Shown here: piece by piece, positions 63,399 to 64,000 of the stretch
How the letters are laid out: each line of letters opens with the position of its first letter
Numbering within the stretch: position 1 is the stretch's first letter
DNA from: Acidobacteriota bacterium
Lineage (GTDB): Bacteria > Acidobacteriota > Thermoanaerobaculia > UBA5066 > Gp7-AA6
Direction: 5' to 3'
DNA length: 64,000 bases
NCBI GenBank assembly: GCA_039931865.1
Contig: JBDTRB010000002.1
Span: 5,589 to 69,588 of the forward strand
Notes under the pieces: model-generated
Database searches by the model: none
Told to the model about the DNA's origin: nothing
Seen by the model: the letters and a program-made list of their open reading frames with translations, nothing else
Position numbers and translations under genes: made by a program

Positions 63399-64000
63399 AT
63401 GGGCGGCCTTCTGTGCGCGATCTTCGTGACGCTCGCCGTGCCGCGGCTCGTGACGCTCCCTGCTCCTTCGGAGGGGCAGGTCGATCGCATCCCCCCGGCC
63501 GCTCACCGGATGCTCGCGGCGCGCGCAGCGAAGGCCTACGAAGAGAAGCGGTTCGCGGAGTCCGCGGAGATCTTTGAACGATTGGTCCGGGACACCCCGC
63601 GCGACGGGCGCGCCTGGGCCGGGCTCGGCAGGTCCCGGATCGCGCTCGGAGACGCGGAGAGGGGCAGCGCGTCGATGGACCGAGCAATCTCGATCGGATT
63701 CGAAAATGACGCTGAGGCCTCTCACGAGGTGGCGGTCGCATTCGCACGCGCCGGCAAACGGGACCAGGCGCGGCTGTGGCTCGAGCGGGCGCTCCGGGCG
63801 GGATACCGGAACCGCCCGAAGATCCAGAGCGAGCCGGACTTCGCCGGCTTGTCGCACGATGCGGCGTTTCTCGCGCTCGCGGGCGTGGAGCCTGAGCCCG
63901 CGGACCGAAACGAGGGCTGGCGAAGAGATCTGGACGCGTTCGTTTCAGAGGTTCGGCGACTCCATCATCGTTACCGCGTCGAGCCTCTCCCGGAGGGATT
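63399..64000 (+). CDS. TPR-containing secreted protein, N-terminal part (the ORF runs off the window; possibly an S41-type peptidase N-terminus)
   Basis: Not in the track because there is no stop. MGGLLCAIFVTLAVPRLVTLPA is followed by TPR-like AYEEKRFAESAEIFERLV..DGRAWAGLGRSRIALGD and GWRRDLDAFVSEVRRLH. Confidence 0.55.
   Translation, partial: MGGLLCAIFVTLAVPRLVTLPAPSEGQVDRIPPAAHRMLAARAAKAYEEKRFAESAEIFERLVRDTPRDGRAWAGLGRSRIALGDAERGSASMDRAISIGFENDAEASHEVAVAFARAGKRDQARLWLERALRAGYRNRPKIQSEPDFAGLSHDAAFLALAGVEPEPADRNEGWRRDLDAFVSEVRRLHHRYRVEPLPEG

Noticed and set aside
1-64000. tRNA, rRNA, tmRNA, RNase P, prophage, integron or defence-system gene clusters.
   Set aside because: I found no T-loop/acceptor-like tRNA signatures, rRNA blocks, integrase/terminase/capsid genes, or recognisable defence domains while reading both strands. 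The absence should be confirmed with tRNAscan-SE, Infernal and DefenseFinder.

Overview
This is a visibly GC-rich bacterial chromosomal segment. Its gene content points to Acidobacteriota: a padR + ADOP duplicated FtsX-type permease operon, four eukaryotic-like Ser/Thr kinases with different sensor modules, and many DinB, VOC, DUF4386 and DUF1579 paralogues. I can support about 60 protein-coding genes on both strands, and I saw no rRNA, tRNA or CRISPR array.

Three operons are recognisable:
- A Tat-exported PaoABC-like molybdo-flavo-FeS aldehyde oxidoreductase (23464..19484, minus strand).
- A YtrA-type GntR + ABC ATPase + permease + TPR protein set (25487..28666).
- The padR-ADOP pair (32162..35212).

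The most interesting signal is a translationally coupled gene pair at 30238..32165. It is colinear with the cyanobacterial alkane pathway: aldehyde-deformylating oxygenase followed by acyl-ACP reductase, with the di-iron ligands and the catalytic Cys conserved. It sits between typical acidobacterial genes.

Secondary signals:
- An in-frame TGA in the rhodanese active-site loop of a Na+/H+ antiporter-rhodanese fusion, followed by a GC hairpin. This is either a selenocysteine candidate or a nonsense mutation.
- A dispersed ~25-nt intergenic repeat whose inverted copies bracket one kinase gene and abut an IS110 remnant.
- A triplicated padR promoter/leader module that also supplies the 3' end of the AAR reading frame.
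- Several 7-8-bp intergenic tandem repeats.
- Unusually many frameshifted, nonsense or truncated genes (IS110, EVE, NUDIX, SDR, BNR propeller, amidohydrolase, hydrolase and kinase fragments). Some of these could be assembly indels.

Coordinates I derived by hand for non-ORF elements may be off by 1-2 nt.
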